In this document: piece after piece, positions 1-12,065 of the stretch | Layout: every line of letters starts with the position of its first letter | Position numbering within the stretch: the stretch's first letter is position 1 | Source: Macrostomum lignano | Lineage: Eukaryota | NCBI GenBank assembly: GCA_002269645.1 | Contig: NIVC01002372.1 | Location: forward strand, 115,722-179,721 | Direction: 5' to 3' | Length of the DNA stretch: 64,000 nt | Translations under genes and position numbers: made by a program | The notes under the pieces: model-generated | The model's database searches: none | Told to the model about the DNA's origin: nothing | The model's input: the letters and a program-made list of their open reading frames with translations, nothing else

Positions 1-159
1 GTCGAAAAGACGTAGATTGGACTTTGACTGAAGCCAGAAACTGAGCAAACAAAAAAGTGGTCAGAGACACAATTGACTGCTGTTTTTTTTCTCTGAACTC
101 TGCTCGATTTTTCTGTATTCGTCCCTTCCTTAATGCTTTTGTTTGGCTGTAATAAATTC

Positions 160-440
160 CCCAGATTGGTGCCCTTTAATTCCAGATTGGCGCCATTTAA
201 TTCCCCAGTTTGGTGCCATTTAATTCCCTACTTCGGTGCTATTTAGTTCCCTAGTTTGGCGCCATTTAATCCCCCAATTTGGCCCTATTTAATTCCCTAT
301 TTTGGCGCCATTTAATATTCCCCCCCCCCAGTTTGGCGCCAACAAATTTTCTGGTTTGGTGCCATTTAATTCGCCGTTTAGCGCCATATAATGCTTCAGT
401 TTAGCGCCATTTAATGCCATCCGTTTGGCGCCATTCAGTT
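160..440. repeat. Degenerate ~21-22 bp minisatellite (core TTTGGCGCCATTTAATTCCC)
   Basis: About a dozen imperfect copies of (t)ttggcgccatttaat with C-rich spacers. Confidence 0.75.
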
Positions 441-1051
441 TAACAGATAAGCCTACTGTTCCAGGAAAAGTTTTTAAACCTGTTTACCAATACTTACTTG
501 TATCGATAGAAAATGATTTTTTTCTGACACATTTTCTGAAAGCATAAGCTTTTGCTGCAATGTACTTTTAGCAAAGTTTTGCCTATAGAAATGGTCAACA
601 TCCTGTATGGGCTGTAAAAAAGATTAATTTGTTGCATATTACGAGCGTAATCATTATAATGTATAGAAATGCCTTATTCCGTTGGGTATCCTCCAATCCT
701 TACTATGTACATGGATTTTGTTTGCTAGTAACAGTACATTAAGGCAGTACATACATGTAAAGGCAAATTACTTTATTCAAGTTTATATGCTGTAGATTTT
801 ACACTGTATATTGTCGTTGTTTAGAACGATAGTCACAATTTGACTATAAATTTCTTTTTTGTTTCAGTTTTTTTTTCAATTTGTTTCAACTTTTTTGTGT
901 TTTTGATGATTAATTTTGATGATTTTTCTGTTTTGAGCTGCAAATAAATACCAAATAAAAATTGAATTCACAGTCTTAATTATTTATCATTCATGTTGTT
1001 AATTAAAAGATCCAGTGAAGAATAACCATTAAATCAGTATTAGCCACAGCA

Positions 1052-1237
1052 ACAGAACTGGTCTCGGCCATAGACAACAAAAGCCAATCAAAGCCACTGA
1101 CACAGAACTGCTCTCGGCCATAGACAACAAAAGCCAATCAAAGCCACTGACACAGAACTGCTCTCGGCCATAGACAACAAAAGCCAATCAAAGCCACTGA
1201 CACAGAACTGCTCTCGGCCATAGACAATAAAGCTAAT
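1052..1237. repeat. 50-bp tandem repeat, ~3.7 copies
   Basis: acagaactgctctcggccatagacaacaaaagccaatcaaagccactgac recurs with period 50 (copies near 1051, 1101, 1151, 1201). Confidence 0.95.
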
Positions 1238-1526
1238 AAAGGGGCACAGGGAGTGACGATCAGAAGGTCAGGTCCGCTGTAAATCATGTCTGGGATTTTC
1301 GATTTCGTTGGATTTATCATCACTAGCTGGATTTGAGGATTTTTTTCAAAAAAACCTACATGTACTTAACATCCAAAAAACCAAAACATACATTTATTGC
1401 TGAAAATAATCAGCTGCATCAGTTCTTGCTACTCAAATTGCAAGTGATTATTAATATGACAAGCATGATGAGTTTCCGCATTTGATTTCGAGCCAAGGAC
1501 TCAAGCTTACTTTTTCTATAAATGAA

Positions 1527-1708
1527 GGTTGTAGCCTATTGGTTAGAGCGTCGGACTCGCGACTTGAAGGTCGGGGGTTCGATTCTGTCCTTAAGCAAGA
1601 CACTTAACTCTGCATTGCTTCAGTTCACCCAGCTGTAAAATGGGTGCCAGCATTAGCTGGGGTAATTGAGGGTGTGTGTGGCGACCCCCCCCCCCAGTCC
1701 TAGGACTG
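1527..1708 (+). mobile_element. tRNA-derived CORE-type SINE (family 1), copy 1
   Basis: A-box TAGCCTATTGG and B-box GTTCGATTC, then gtccttaagcaagacacttaactctgcattgcttcagttcacccagctgtaaaatggg, which resembles the MIR/CORE domain. Homologous copies near 12066 and 22087. Confidence 0.8.
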
Positions 1709-2096
1709 TACTTGGTGTTATCAATTATAATTTATTATTATTCACGTAAATTTCGTTTAGATGAGTGCATGATGTTCAAATTTAAATCGAAATGAGATCA
1801 CTCGGCCGTCATTTGTTCTGTTAGGGCGGTCCAGCAGTCCGAGGTTCTTTCCTGACCGCCTGAAGCTACAGCGTTGTTCTAGGCAGTGGTCCTGACCGTC
1901 CTGGACCGTGACAACGCTGAGACCCATGCAAAACTGAAGTATACAAGGATGCTACACGGCCGATTTCCTAGGAGTAAGCTGGATGCTGATAGAGAACGAA
2001 TATGTCTATATAGCTAGTGCAATTAGATCCACGTAAAAGTTCTACGGGAACATCATGAGTCGTTATTCTGATCGAAATTACAAACCTTTTGAAACT

Positions 2097-2400
2097 GCAA
2101 CAACAACAACAGAATACGCAGGTTAGCGTCACAGGGCGCGCTTCAAGGCCAGGTCGTGGATGAACGCCATGCCGCCGGCCGAATCCGGGGCGCCGGCGTC
2201 AGCCAGCAGGCAGTCGATGAAACGCCGAGTGCGCGCCTGTCCCCGCCGGTAGGGTGCCTGCAGCGTCAGCAGCAGCACCTCCTGCACCCACCGGCTCTGG
2301 GCAGTCCGACTCGGCGCGGATGATGTGGCCTGCCAGCTGGAGTCGCCGACGCCGCAGCAGGTCGCTTGGACGGACCAGGCCGGCGCGGCGATACAAAGCC
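2097..2400 (-). mobile_element. 5'-truncated RTE-like non-LTR retrotransposon 3' end
   Basis: Minus strand reads LYRRAGLVRPSDLLRRRRLQLAGHIIRAES..(frameshift)..LLLTLQAPYRRGQAR..ALKRAL*, matching the RTE RT C-terminal RRL.LAGH..R motif, followed by a (TTG)n tail. Confidence 0.75.
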
Positions 2401-3227
2401 GATCTTTAGCATCTTCAGCATGAAACTTCAATATGATGTAAAGAATCTAGCTATCTATTCAAATAAATCTGTTATGTTTTCTCGGTTAATTTCCATGCTT
2501 ACATGAATAAAGTTCGAAGAAAAGTGGACTGCGGTGGAGATTAGCCACACCTGTAGATTTAAGTTTTTTTCTAAAAAAATCGAATGACATGAAGTAGGCT
2601 TTCACCATAGACAAATTGGACTACGAAAATTAACCTTAAATGCACATAAGGCATTGAATCAGATGACCTTTCGCCAGAAATTTGTGTTGCTGCTGGTGGG
2701 TCTATGGTCGTATGTAGCTACGATGTATAGCTTTTGTCGGGCTCTATGGAACAGTGGGCATGCAAAAGGAAAGGGCTATAGAATTTTATGGCTTGAATTA
2801 ACCTTCGAAAGCAAGCCATAGACAACCCGATTTGTCATGCACTGGAACGATGAGCCAGAATAGAAGGAACGATTTGAATTTTATTTGAGGAAAGAATAAA
2901 AAAACTGAATCAATAAAGCCTACTTTGTCACAGATTGAAAGCATCAAAATTTACAAAAACCAACTCTCAAAACTGATGTCGCTGCAGAGTCTGCTAGTGC
3001 TAAATGGCAGCTTCGAACCTGCAGTCTTGTTTTTTTTAGAATCTTGACCACATTCGGTGAACATTGAATCGGATACTCTTACACAACCCTTCGTCGACAG
3101 TCTAAGGCGGCGACGATGTGCTGTCGATCATGTACAGAAATTTAAATAGAGCTTAAATCCGTTCCGTTTCGCATGCCCACTGTTCCACATAGCACGACAG
3201 AAGCAATATTTGATCAACTTTGATAAC

Positions 3228-3730
3228 AAGGAATATTGCACTTGATAAACCAAGGATTATTGCACTCGATAAGCCAAGGATTATTGCACTAGATTAGAAA
3301 GGGCTATTGCACTAGCTGAGACATCGATTTTTGGACTTGATGAGTAAAGGATTATTGCACTAGCTGAGAAGCTGATTATTGCGCTGTCTAAAAAAGAGAT
3401 TATTGCGCTCACTGAGACGTGGATTGTTGCACAACCTGAGAAAGCGATTATTGCATTAGCGGAGGTAACATTTGCACTAGCTACTTGCTGTCTCGCGTAT
3501 GCTTGCTATCTGGAGGATGCTTGCTCTCGAGGGGGGATACTTGCTATTTTGGAGGGGGGTACTGGCTACATGTATGGGATTCTTTCTATCCAGGGATGCT
3601 TGCTATTTAGGGATTCTTGCTATCTGCAGGATGCTTGCTGTCTGGGGTGATGCTTGCTATGAGCATTAGAGGATGCTTGCTATCTGCGGTTGTTTACTTT
3701 TGGAGGGGGGTGCTTGCTGTCTTGGGAATA
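3228..3730. repeat. Two adjacent degenerate minisatellites (GGATTATTGCACTAG-type ~25 bp, then GGATGCTTGCTATCT-type)
   Basis: Repeated attattgcac cores at 3228-3480 and repeated gatgcttgcta/tgcttgct cores at 3500-3730. Confidence 0.65.
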
Positions 3731-4252
3731 TTTTCCATTTAGGGGAAGCTATATTTCGTTGTCTGTTTGTTAATTTTAGAGAAAAAAGTGATTCTTTCAA
3801 TTTTTAAACATCTTTGTCCGTGACAATTTTACCCGAATACAAGCTAAGGTGATTTTTAAAAGTGAAGAAGGAATTGGTGTTTAAGAAAATTTGCTTTTTT
3901 ATTGTTTTCCATGAACTATTTTTGCTCCTTTCTTATTGGGCGCCCCGAAGGGGGGCCGCGCTAGATTGCTAGTTTGAACTAAACACGCATGCGTTCACTT
4001 GCTTCATACACAACTTTAGGCCCTTAGAAGAAGGATAGGAACAAGCCAATTTTACTTTAAAAGATAAAAACAAAACAATTTGTCTGACTTAGCGTATTTT
4101 AAGGCAATAAAGCATTTAATAACATTTCCAAAATTTTAAAATGTTGTAAAACATTGAAATGTTTGTAACGATTTAGCAAACTTCAATCCTTAATAAAACT
4201 TCAATATCTTAACGATTCCCATGTAAATCGGAATGTTTATGTATGTTTGAAC

Positions 4253-4790
4253 GGGAGTACGACGTTTGCTTGCGGAATTTTGCCTGCCGAACTTTGCTTG
4301 CCGAACTTTTCTTGCAGGAAATTTGCTTGCAGGAATTTTGCTTGCCGAAGTTTGCTTGGAGGAACTTTGCCTGCCGAACTTTGAGTATCCGAGCGTTGGG
4401 TATCCTTACGAGTCATGATATGTAGCAATTCACAGATCGGTGGTACAGTCTTTTGCAAAAAATCTATTCTGTACAGTTCACTGCCTAAATCATTAGATAT
4501 GTGCATTGTTCGAAATCGTGTTTAATTTTTTGTTGAAAATATATTCATAGTAAAAAACTAAATTATTCCATTTCTGCGTTAGGGCTTTTCAAATCCGCCA
4601 TATCCTCATACAAAATCATAACACTATAGGCGACTTCCACGAATCTTAGAAAATGAAAATTAGAAATACACAAGAGCTCAAAAATAGGTTCTTTGGGAGC
4701 AAGAAAACTTTGGCTGGCAAACCTCGGCAGGCAAAGTTCGGCAAGCAAAGTTCGGCAAGCAAACTTCTCGCAAGCAAATTTCATAGACCC
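4253..4790. mobile_element. Non-autonomous foldback-like DNA transposon with subterminal 14-15 bp repeats
   Basis: Imperfect TIRs GGGAGTACGACGTTTGCTTGCG / GGGTCTATGAAATTTGCTTGCG (right end reverse-complemented). Tandem ttgcYtgccgaact units lie in opposite orientation on each arm. Flanks GTTTGAAC / GTTTAAAC fit an 8-bp TSD with one mismatch. Confidence 0.7.
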
Positions 4791-5220
4791 GTTTAAACAT
4801 TTCACAAGCAGAAATATTTCTGTTTTGTCTGAGAAAAAAAGCATTTTGTTTAGCTGTTTTTTTCAAAAGAAGTACTTTAGCGAAAGATACAGCGCTGTTA
4901 TTCAATTCAGTTGAGTGATAATAGTTGTCTATCTGAATTCTGCTTATGCAAACTTGCATAGCGCTTATATACAGCAAGTTTTCTTATCAAGTTGCACAAC
5001 CATATCTTCTAGAAGACCTGGCGGCAGCCGAATATGTAGTTCAGTGGCCTAGATTTTAGCCCGAGTCTGCCCAAACCATGCACTGATAAGGATAAGACAA
5101 CTCCACTGACATTCGTGATTTTAATAGCAAATCGCGAACCGTTTGCAATCTGCCAAGCGCTTCGACTTTGTTATGGTATTTCTCAGCTGGTGCTAACTAG
5201 GAAATTTTTCAGTGCCAGAC

Positions 5221-8200
5221 ATGCAGCAGCTGGCCAGAATCAGCCGTAAGTCGCTGTCGCAGACACCGGCGGTGCTACTTCGCAGCCTGTCGTCATCTGC
5301 TCCCCAGGTGCCGCAGCCGCAGCGCAACCCGGAGGTGAAATTCAACAAACTCTTCATCAACAACGAATGGGTTGACGCCGTCTCCGGTAAGACTTTCCCG
5401 ACGGTGAACCCAAGCACCGGTCAGGTGATCGCGGAGGTGGCCGAGGGTGACAAGGCCGATATCGACCGGGCTGTGGTCGCGGCTAGCGAGGCCTTCCGTC
5501 TGGGCTCTCCGTGGCGCAGGATGGACGCTTCGGGACGAGGTGTCCTGCTGAACCGGCTGGCTGACCTGATGGAGCGGGACAAGGTCTACTTGGCGGTGAG
5601 TCTGTTATAGCAAGAAGCTAAAAGCAGTGAAGAACTCAAAATTTAGAGTCGCCATCACAAAAGATTCCGTCTGTGGTCGCCACTTTTGAGAGTGCAGGTG
5701 AAGCCTCTCAATCTTGCGAGTGACGCAAATTAGCTGCAGCGTCTATCGCCTGGCCAACCATTTTGATATTAAAAAATGCTTGAGAAAAACAATGGAAACC
5801 GGGCAGAAGCATCAATCCATCCAGTCTTCGCCCTCCGCTCTTCCCAATCCCTCCTCACCCAGCCCAACTCTGCGTCGCGTGGCGCAAAGTTGCGTCACTC
5901 AAAAGTCAATACTGAACAAGAATTTATTGGGCACTGTCAAAGGTGGCGCGCGACTTTTTAATGTTGTTGAGTATATTTCATAAACTAAACCAAAAAGTAC
6001 ACAATATAGTAAGGAGAGAGAGGAGAGAGGAGAGAGAGAGAGAGAGAGTCACCCTCAGTGCCAACTCAAAGCACCCTGAGTTGCTGTTCCCCCCCACCGC
6101 TAGCAAGCTGCACATTCAAAATAGGCTTGTATGATTTAAGGTGTCGCTTGGTTTTCCCTATGTAGGCAACGCTCTGATCACCATAGCAACGGAATTGATA
6201 GGCAACATCTGCCTTGAGGGGAAGAGGCACAATTCTAACTTAAGTCTGCTAGCAAACCGACCAAGTCTTTGAGAAGATCGATCTTCTGAAAGATCTTATT
6301 GAAATCTTGAAAGAATTATTTGAGAAGATTCTTATATTGTGATTAAAGGTAATTCAGTAAACAAGATATGATGATGAAAGCATTTACCCAGCTTCCGCCG
6401 GATGTCTGTCATATCAAAAGCACAACTGACGCATCCTTTTCGTTCCTTTAAACAACAGTCCTGCAATTTTTAATGCTTCAATTGGTGGCTTACTTCTTAC
6501 TTTTTTCTTGGATTGTCCAGGGTTTAAGTATAAAATCCTCAACCCAATTCCTTTATAAGATTTTATTAATCCTCATTATACTCGTTGTGTTCAATCAAAT
6601 TTAGTCAAAGTCACCACATTGCAGTCGCTTGAATCTCTCGACAATGGCAAGCCGTATACAAATTCATTTCTGGCTGATGTTGAATTGAGCATCAAATGCT
6701 ACCGGTGAGTTTTTCAGTTAGTAGTATAATGCGAAAGTCTCTATTTTCAGGAGCTTTTACAGTTTATTATATGCGCTTACTTTATTTTACTTTAATATTA
6801 GCAAGTAAAAGGCGGCTGTACATGAGCGTGAGCGTGAGCGTGAGCGTGAGCGTGAGCGTGAGCGTGAGCGTGAGCGTGAGCGTGAGCGTGAGCGTGTGTA
6901 TGAGTTTGTATGAGTGTGTATGAGTGTGTATGAGTGTGTATGAGTGTGTATGAGTGTGTATGAGTGTGTATGCGTGTATGAGTGTGTATGAGTGTGTATG
7001 AGTGTGTATGAGTGTGTATGAGTGTGTATGAGTGTGTATGAGTGTTAGCAGAATGGAGTTAGCAGAATGGAGTTAGCAGAATGGGAAGAACATCTTCGAG
7101 TCACAGTCATCTCATATTGATCGAATCCTAAGGTACTACGCTGGCTGGGCCAACAAAAACCACGGCAAGACGATCCCAATTGACGGCGAGGGATTCTGCT
7201 TCACTCGTCACGAGCCCGTTGGAGTTTGCGGCCAAATCATCCCGTGGAATTTCCCCCTGCTGATGCAGGCCTGGAAGCTGGGCCCGGCGCTCAGCATGGG
7301 CAACACCGTGGTGATGAAGACGGCTGAGCAGACACCGCTGACTGGGAACTACATAGCCCAGCTGACCAAGGAGGCTGGTTTCCCCCCGGGCGTGGTTAAT
7401 ATTGTGTCGGGATTCGGGCCTACGGCGGGAGCTGCTCTAGCCAAGCATAACGATGTAGATAAGGTGATTTGATAGCTGCTCTGTCTCGCCGTTGTCACGT
7501 ATTCTTTGCGATGCTTTTGGTTCCGTACCCTCTAAAGCAAGTATTGCTTAGTCTGACATCGATTAGCAAGTTATTTAGCATTCTCGACTGTCAACACAAT
7601 ATATAGTTTTTTTAACAAATGCAGTACAGCAGTTATTATTGCTCAAACTAAGCCGTTTATTATTCATATTCGAGGCAAGGGCGGTGTGCACCATGGCGAA
7701 TTTTAAGCGATATCACCATTCAACCGGCGAGAGGCATAACTGCTCATTCCGCCAACTCCTCTGAGAATGCACACACCGTCGAAATTTCACAATATCGAAA
7801 TACACTGGAGAGATACATATAGGAGACCCCGCGAGCCCGGAATTTTGGGTTTATGAAATTTCTAGCTTATGAAAGACAGTGTCTTTCGACGTTGTGAAAT
7901 TTGGGTTCGGGAAACGGACCCCGCCGAGATTATTCCAATTTAGCCTCAAATTAATGTGACTGCAATTGGAATCGAGCCTGGGCCGCTGGCACATCACAGC
8001 GCCGCGCTAGACCACTGGACTACGGCCCCTCAAACTCAACCATAGAATAACTGCATAGTTATCCTGCATATGCATTTCGTCCTTTATATAAGGCTTTTTT
8101 AACCCGGCCGGCACATTCTCCCTCAGATTGCCTTCACTGGCAGCACCGAGGTCGGTCGGCTCATTCCCCAGTACGCCGGCCAGAGCAACCTGAAGCGCAT

Positions 8201-10077
8201 CACCCTCGAACTCGGCGGCAAGAGTCCAAATGTAATCTTCGCCGACGCCGATCTTGAGTACGCAGTTGAGAAGTCGCACTTTGCACTGTTCTTCAACCAG
8301 GGCCAGTGCTGCACCGCCGGCAGCAGGACATTCGTTGAAGAGTCCATCTACGACAAGTTCGTCGAGATGAGCGTCGAACGAGCCAAAAAGCGCTCAGTTG
8401 GCGATCCGTTCGACTTCAACACGGAGCAGGGACCGCAGATTGACAACGAACAGATGAGCAAGATCTTGGAACTCATCGATAGCGGCAAAAGTCAGGGCGC
8501 CAAGCTGCTCACCGGAGGCGGCAGGCACGGCGATGCCGGGTTCTTTGTCCAGCCGACCGTGTTCTCTGACGTTAAGGTTAGAGTAGTACATGTAGACTGC
8601 TTGAATAGCAATAAAGTCATAGGGTGTTGCTACGGTGTCAGTAAGACTAGGCGTTGATGATGTCACTTGAACCTCGATACAGTAACACGTTGGTGACTCT
8701 TAGCTTGTGGGCAATACTAAAGTGCCTTAGCTAGCTGTATTGAATACGAATGCATGCACTGATACTATTGCCCTTTCAAATACTTCAGGACGAGATGCGA
8801 ATCGCTCAGGAGGAGATCTTCGGCCCCGTAATGCAGATTCTCAAGTTCAAGTCTACAGACGAGCTGCTTGAACGCGCCAACAGGACAATGTACGGCCTAG
8901 CGGCTGGAGTGTTTACACGCGATCTAGACAAGGCGATGCACGTCATGCAGGTGTGAAAGTGACACCTTCTGATGAGCTTATAATGGATCCTAAGAGATGG
9001 AAGTCTCCGTGTATGCAGTGATTTGAGTTTAGAGTTGATGAGAGTGTAATAAGGTAGAGTAGAGATTCGATTAAGGTAGATTAAAGTTAAATGGATCCCA
9101 GTAGAATACAAGCAGAGTATGGCATATTTTGTATGAGTACGTCAGGGATAACTAAAGTAAAACAAAATAGAAAAAAATCTTTAAAAATACTAGATTTAAG
9201 TAGACTAAACTAGGCCTAAAAAACGAGCAGGTAAAACTAGAATCTCATTTTAATCTCCGATTAAAACGTACCCGTTAAAACGTAAAACGTTTTTTATTAA
9301 TTAAAAATTACTAATTTTAAGAGCCTGACAATGCCTGACGCGAGGCGAAACATGTCGCATAAAAAATGATAGCGCTTACCTTCTTAATTCTACGATTTTA
9401 TAACTGACGTGACGCGCGTCTGACGTGACTTGACAACATTCGCCTCTTCGTAGCGTTTGAGTCGTTAAAAAGTCACGAGAGTTGCCCCAGAGTCACTAGA
9501 GTTATTTGCAATGAATCTTTAGCAATTCTTGTCATGGTAACGTTTTCAACTGGATCATCATTACCAGGTCCGTAGACACTATGGCCATTGGTGCACCCAT
9601 TTTCGACAGCGACTCCTTCGAGAAGATCTGGTGATAATGAGAAATCCTCGCCATCTCCTTCGATCCAAGGCTATCCAGCTGCACAATCCTGTCTTCACTC
9701 CATTCCTTCAGATTGTCACCTTGCGGCCTGCCTTTCCCGCATCATCACTCAACACCACCTTCAACCACAGCCTTTAGCACTCCATCAATTCTCACAACAC
9801 GCCTGAATAAGCGGAATTTCCTTTCTAGTTAAACTTAAATGTCATTGAATTCATGACACTAAAATTGTTCGTTTAAACAATAGAACTCCGTTTAATCATC
9901 ATGCAGGGCCTTCGCGCCGGCACGGTGTGGATCAACGACTACGACTACTTCGATGCTGGGGCTCCGTTCGGCGGCTTCAAAATGTCCGGCAGCGGCCGCG
10001 AGCTCGGCGAATACGGCCTGCAGGCCTACACGGAGGTCAAGACAGTCACCATGCGGGTGCCGCAGAAGAACAGCTAG
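5221..10077 (+). CDS. ALDH2: Aldehyde dehydrogenase, mitochondrial class 2 type; 6 coding exons, 522 aa
   Basis: Exons 5221-5595, 6625-6704, 7133-7463, 8127-8576, 8789-8950, 9907-10077 join in frame (1569 nt) with GT-AG introns. Motifs: [31 protein letters not shown] (catalytic Glu), [11 protein letters not shown] (catalytic Cys), [24 protein letters not shown]. Arg/Ser-rich N-terminus resembles a transit peptide. Confidence 0.95.
6013..6048. repeat. (GA)n microsatellite in ALDH intron 1
   Basis: ggagagagaggagagaggagagagagagagagagag. Confidence 0.9.
6823..7045. repeat. Compound microsatellite (GAGCGT)n followed by (TGAGTGTGTA)n in ALDH intron 2
   Basis: About 12 hexamer copies, then about 14 decamer copies. 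Confidence 0.95.
7670..7775 (+). repeat. Unclassified dispersed repeat (family X), copy 1
   Basis: cgaggcaaggg..caaccggcgagaggcataactgctcattccgcc is homologous to minus-strand copies at ~21915-22070 and ~56205-56355. Confidence 0.7.
7785..7902. repeat. Small inverted-repeat element (MITE-like), ~26-bp arms
   Basis: aaatttcacaatatcgaaatacactg versus reverse complement of cagtgtctttcgacgttgtgaaattt. Confidence 0.55.
7920..8027 (-). mobile_element. tRNA-derived SINE (family 2), intronic copy
   Basis: Reverse complement ggccgtagtccagtggtctagcgc..cccaggctcgattccaattgcagtcacattaatttgaggc has A/B-box-like motifs and matches the plus-strand copy at 21718. Confidence 0.7.
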
Positions 10078-10697
10078 CTAGAAAACAAACTGAGCTGTGA
10101 CTTGAAATTTCAACTGTCAGACTATTTTCATCACTGTGTACGAATACTACAGCAGTAAACCTCTCGATACCTGGTGAATTTTTTGCCAAATTAAAACAAT
10201 TAATGTATTCATTCAATTTCATATTGATAAAATAAATTACTCTGGGAAAGCTATCAAGTTATAATCTTATTTAGTGCGGTTACAGGCAAAAAATATTCTG
10301 ATCACACGTCTTTAACTGTATTTAGCCTCCTTTTACGCCAGATGTACGAGTATGCCTACGCTCGTAATCGCTCTTTTATTGGCGTTTTAAACGAGTATTC
10401 ACAAATTTTATTAATATTAGTTAACGCGATACTATACCTCTGAATTGTCTTTATAAGTGAAAAGTTCAAAAAATGACCCAGTTTACTTTCTGAAATAACT
10501 TCCTTGTCAGTAAGCTTAACAGGCGGAAAAATTGATAATAACTGACGAGAATCAATAACAATGTATAGTTTGATGTTGAACCTGTTTTAATTTGGAAACA
10601 TACGTAGACAGTAGCATTATTTTTTTAAGTTCATTCACAGTTCTGTTTCCCCAAGTGTTAAGTTCCATCGGCCAACTTTTGTCACACCTTTGTTTTT

Positions 10698-11681
10698 TCA
10701 CCATGTCGCCTCAAAAGCCAGATGAAGAATAGACTGGTGCTCTGAAGACTCCAGCATCTCCGAACACTCACCTACAGTCTTGTCGTCTTCTTCTCGTACA
10801 GATTGAGCTGAGTCAGTTATATCTGACGCTGAGCCTTCTACTTCAAGTAGTATTTCAGTTGCAGAAGCGTCAGTCGAGACGTTTGGTTCTGCATCTTGTT
10901 GTTTGAACGAGTCAGAACGATAAGTTCTTGGACGGGGCACTGGAGGAGAATTCGAAGCCGGCTTTGTATGCATTTCAGCAGTTGATGAAGCTTCTGGCGA
11001 GTCGGCGCTGGAGTCTTCTTGTGCGGACAATGAGCCAAAGGTTCTTGGACGAGGCACCGGAAGAGGAGCTGGAGGTAGCGTCTGCAGCTCTGTCGGCTCG
11101 GATGGCATCATCATGCTGAAATCTGGTGGCAGCGTATTCAACCTTCTGTCGCGTCCCCGCTGGCCAGCTTCCTTCAACTGCTTCAGCTTTCGCTGGTAGC
11201 GATCCGCGAGTTGTTCAGCCTCTGCCAGGCGCAGGACCAGCTCCTTCTGGTCTCGCCGCGACTCTCGCAGCCGAGCTTTCGCCTGCATGAGCTCCTGCTG
11301 ATGCGCTACAAGATCGTTCAACATTGCTTCAGCGTGAGATTCAGAGTCGTTTTTGCTCTCTTTGAGCTCCGCAATGCTTCTGTTAGCTTGTTTTGTCTCC
11401 TCTTTAGCGGCATTCTTATCTGCTTGAAGTTGTTCAAGTTGCGCCTTAAGATAAGCCAGCTCGTCCTTCTCTGTGCAGTCTGATGAGGCAAAGAAAATCT
11501 TAGTCAGGTCGGTGGTCACATCGGAAATGCTGCGACGGCACTGGGCGCACACCGGCCGCTGTTCAAGCCACGGCAGGGCGCACTCCTGGTGAAACACGTG
11601 ACCGCAGGGCAGCGCCACGCATTCGATGCTTGAGTCGGCATCGTCCAGTCGGTTTAGACAGATTGGGCAGATTAGAGGCAT
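10698..11681 (-). CDS. Intronless RING-H2 (C3H2C3) + coiled-coil protein, TRAIP/NOPO-like E3 ubiquitin ligase, 327 aa
   Basis: CPIC..LPCGHVFHQEC..W..CAQC RING, then TKIFF, a heptad-rich helix and an acidic/Pro-rich tail with two PVPRPR motifs. Confidence 0.85.
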   Translation of the reverse strand: MPLICPICLNRLDDADSSIECVALPCGHVFHQECALPWLEQRPVCAQCRRSISDVTTDLTKIFFASSDCTEKDELAYLKAQLEQLQADKNAAKEETKQANRSIAELKESKNDSESHAEAMLNDLVAHQQELMQAKARLRESRRDQKELVLRLAEAEQLADRYQRKLKQLKEAGQRGRDRRLNTLPPDFSMMMPSEPTELQTLPPAPLPVPRPRTFGSLSAQEDSSADSPEASSTAEMHTKPASNSPPVPRPRTYRSDSFKQQDAEPNVSTDASATEILLEVEGSASDITDSAQSVREEDDKTVGECSEMLESSEHQSILHLAFEATW

Positions 11682-12065
11682 TTTTAGGTCAAGTTAAGTA
11701 AGTAGGCAGCTTGGAAATTTTGCTTTTGTGTTTATGTCTATCCTTTTTATATCGCTTCGTGTTTACGTCTATCATACCGTTTTATAAAGCGAGTGACAGT
11801 ATCCCAGATTCCACACTCGCCTTTCCAACTCAGCGGCACAATGTACGCAGATAAAGCAAACAAGACAGAATTTCGAACAATAGAAAGCTCAGGAGTAAGT
11901 GCTCAAAATAAGAGGAGATGTTCGCAAGTTTAATGCTCCAGTATCTAACTGACACGAAAGCAGAGCTTCGACCTCATTGATATAAAAATTAGTTAAATAT
12001 ACTTACAGTCTTTAATGCCTGAAATATTCATGTAGCTTATTTGTGCTATGGCTATAGGCGGGGGG

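Noticed and set aside
1052-1237. CRISPR-like array (also 160-440, 53495-53718)
   Set aside because: Contiguous tandem repeats without unique spacers, no cas genes, and a eukaryotic context.
1527-1600. Functional tRNA genes (also 12066, 21718, 22087, 7920)
   Set aside because: A/B boxes are present but there is no paired acceptor stem, and homology continues into SINE bodies.
5713-5906. Short imperfect inverted repeat in ALDH intron 1
   Set aside because: Only ~22 bp with several mismatches and no TSD; too weak to call a MITE.
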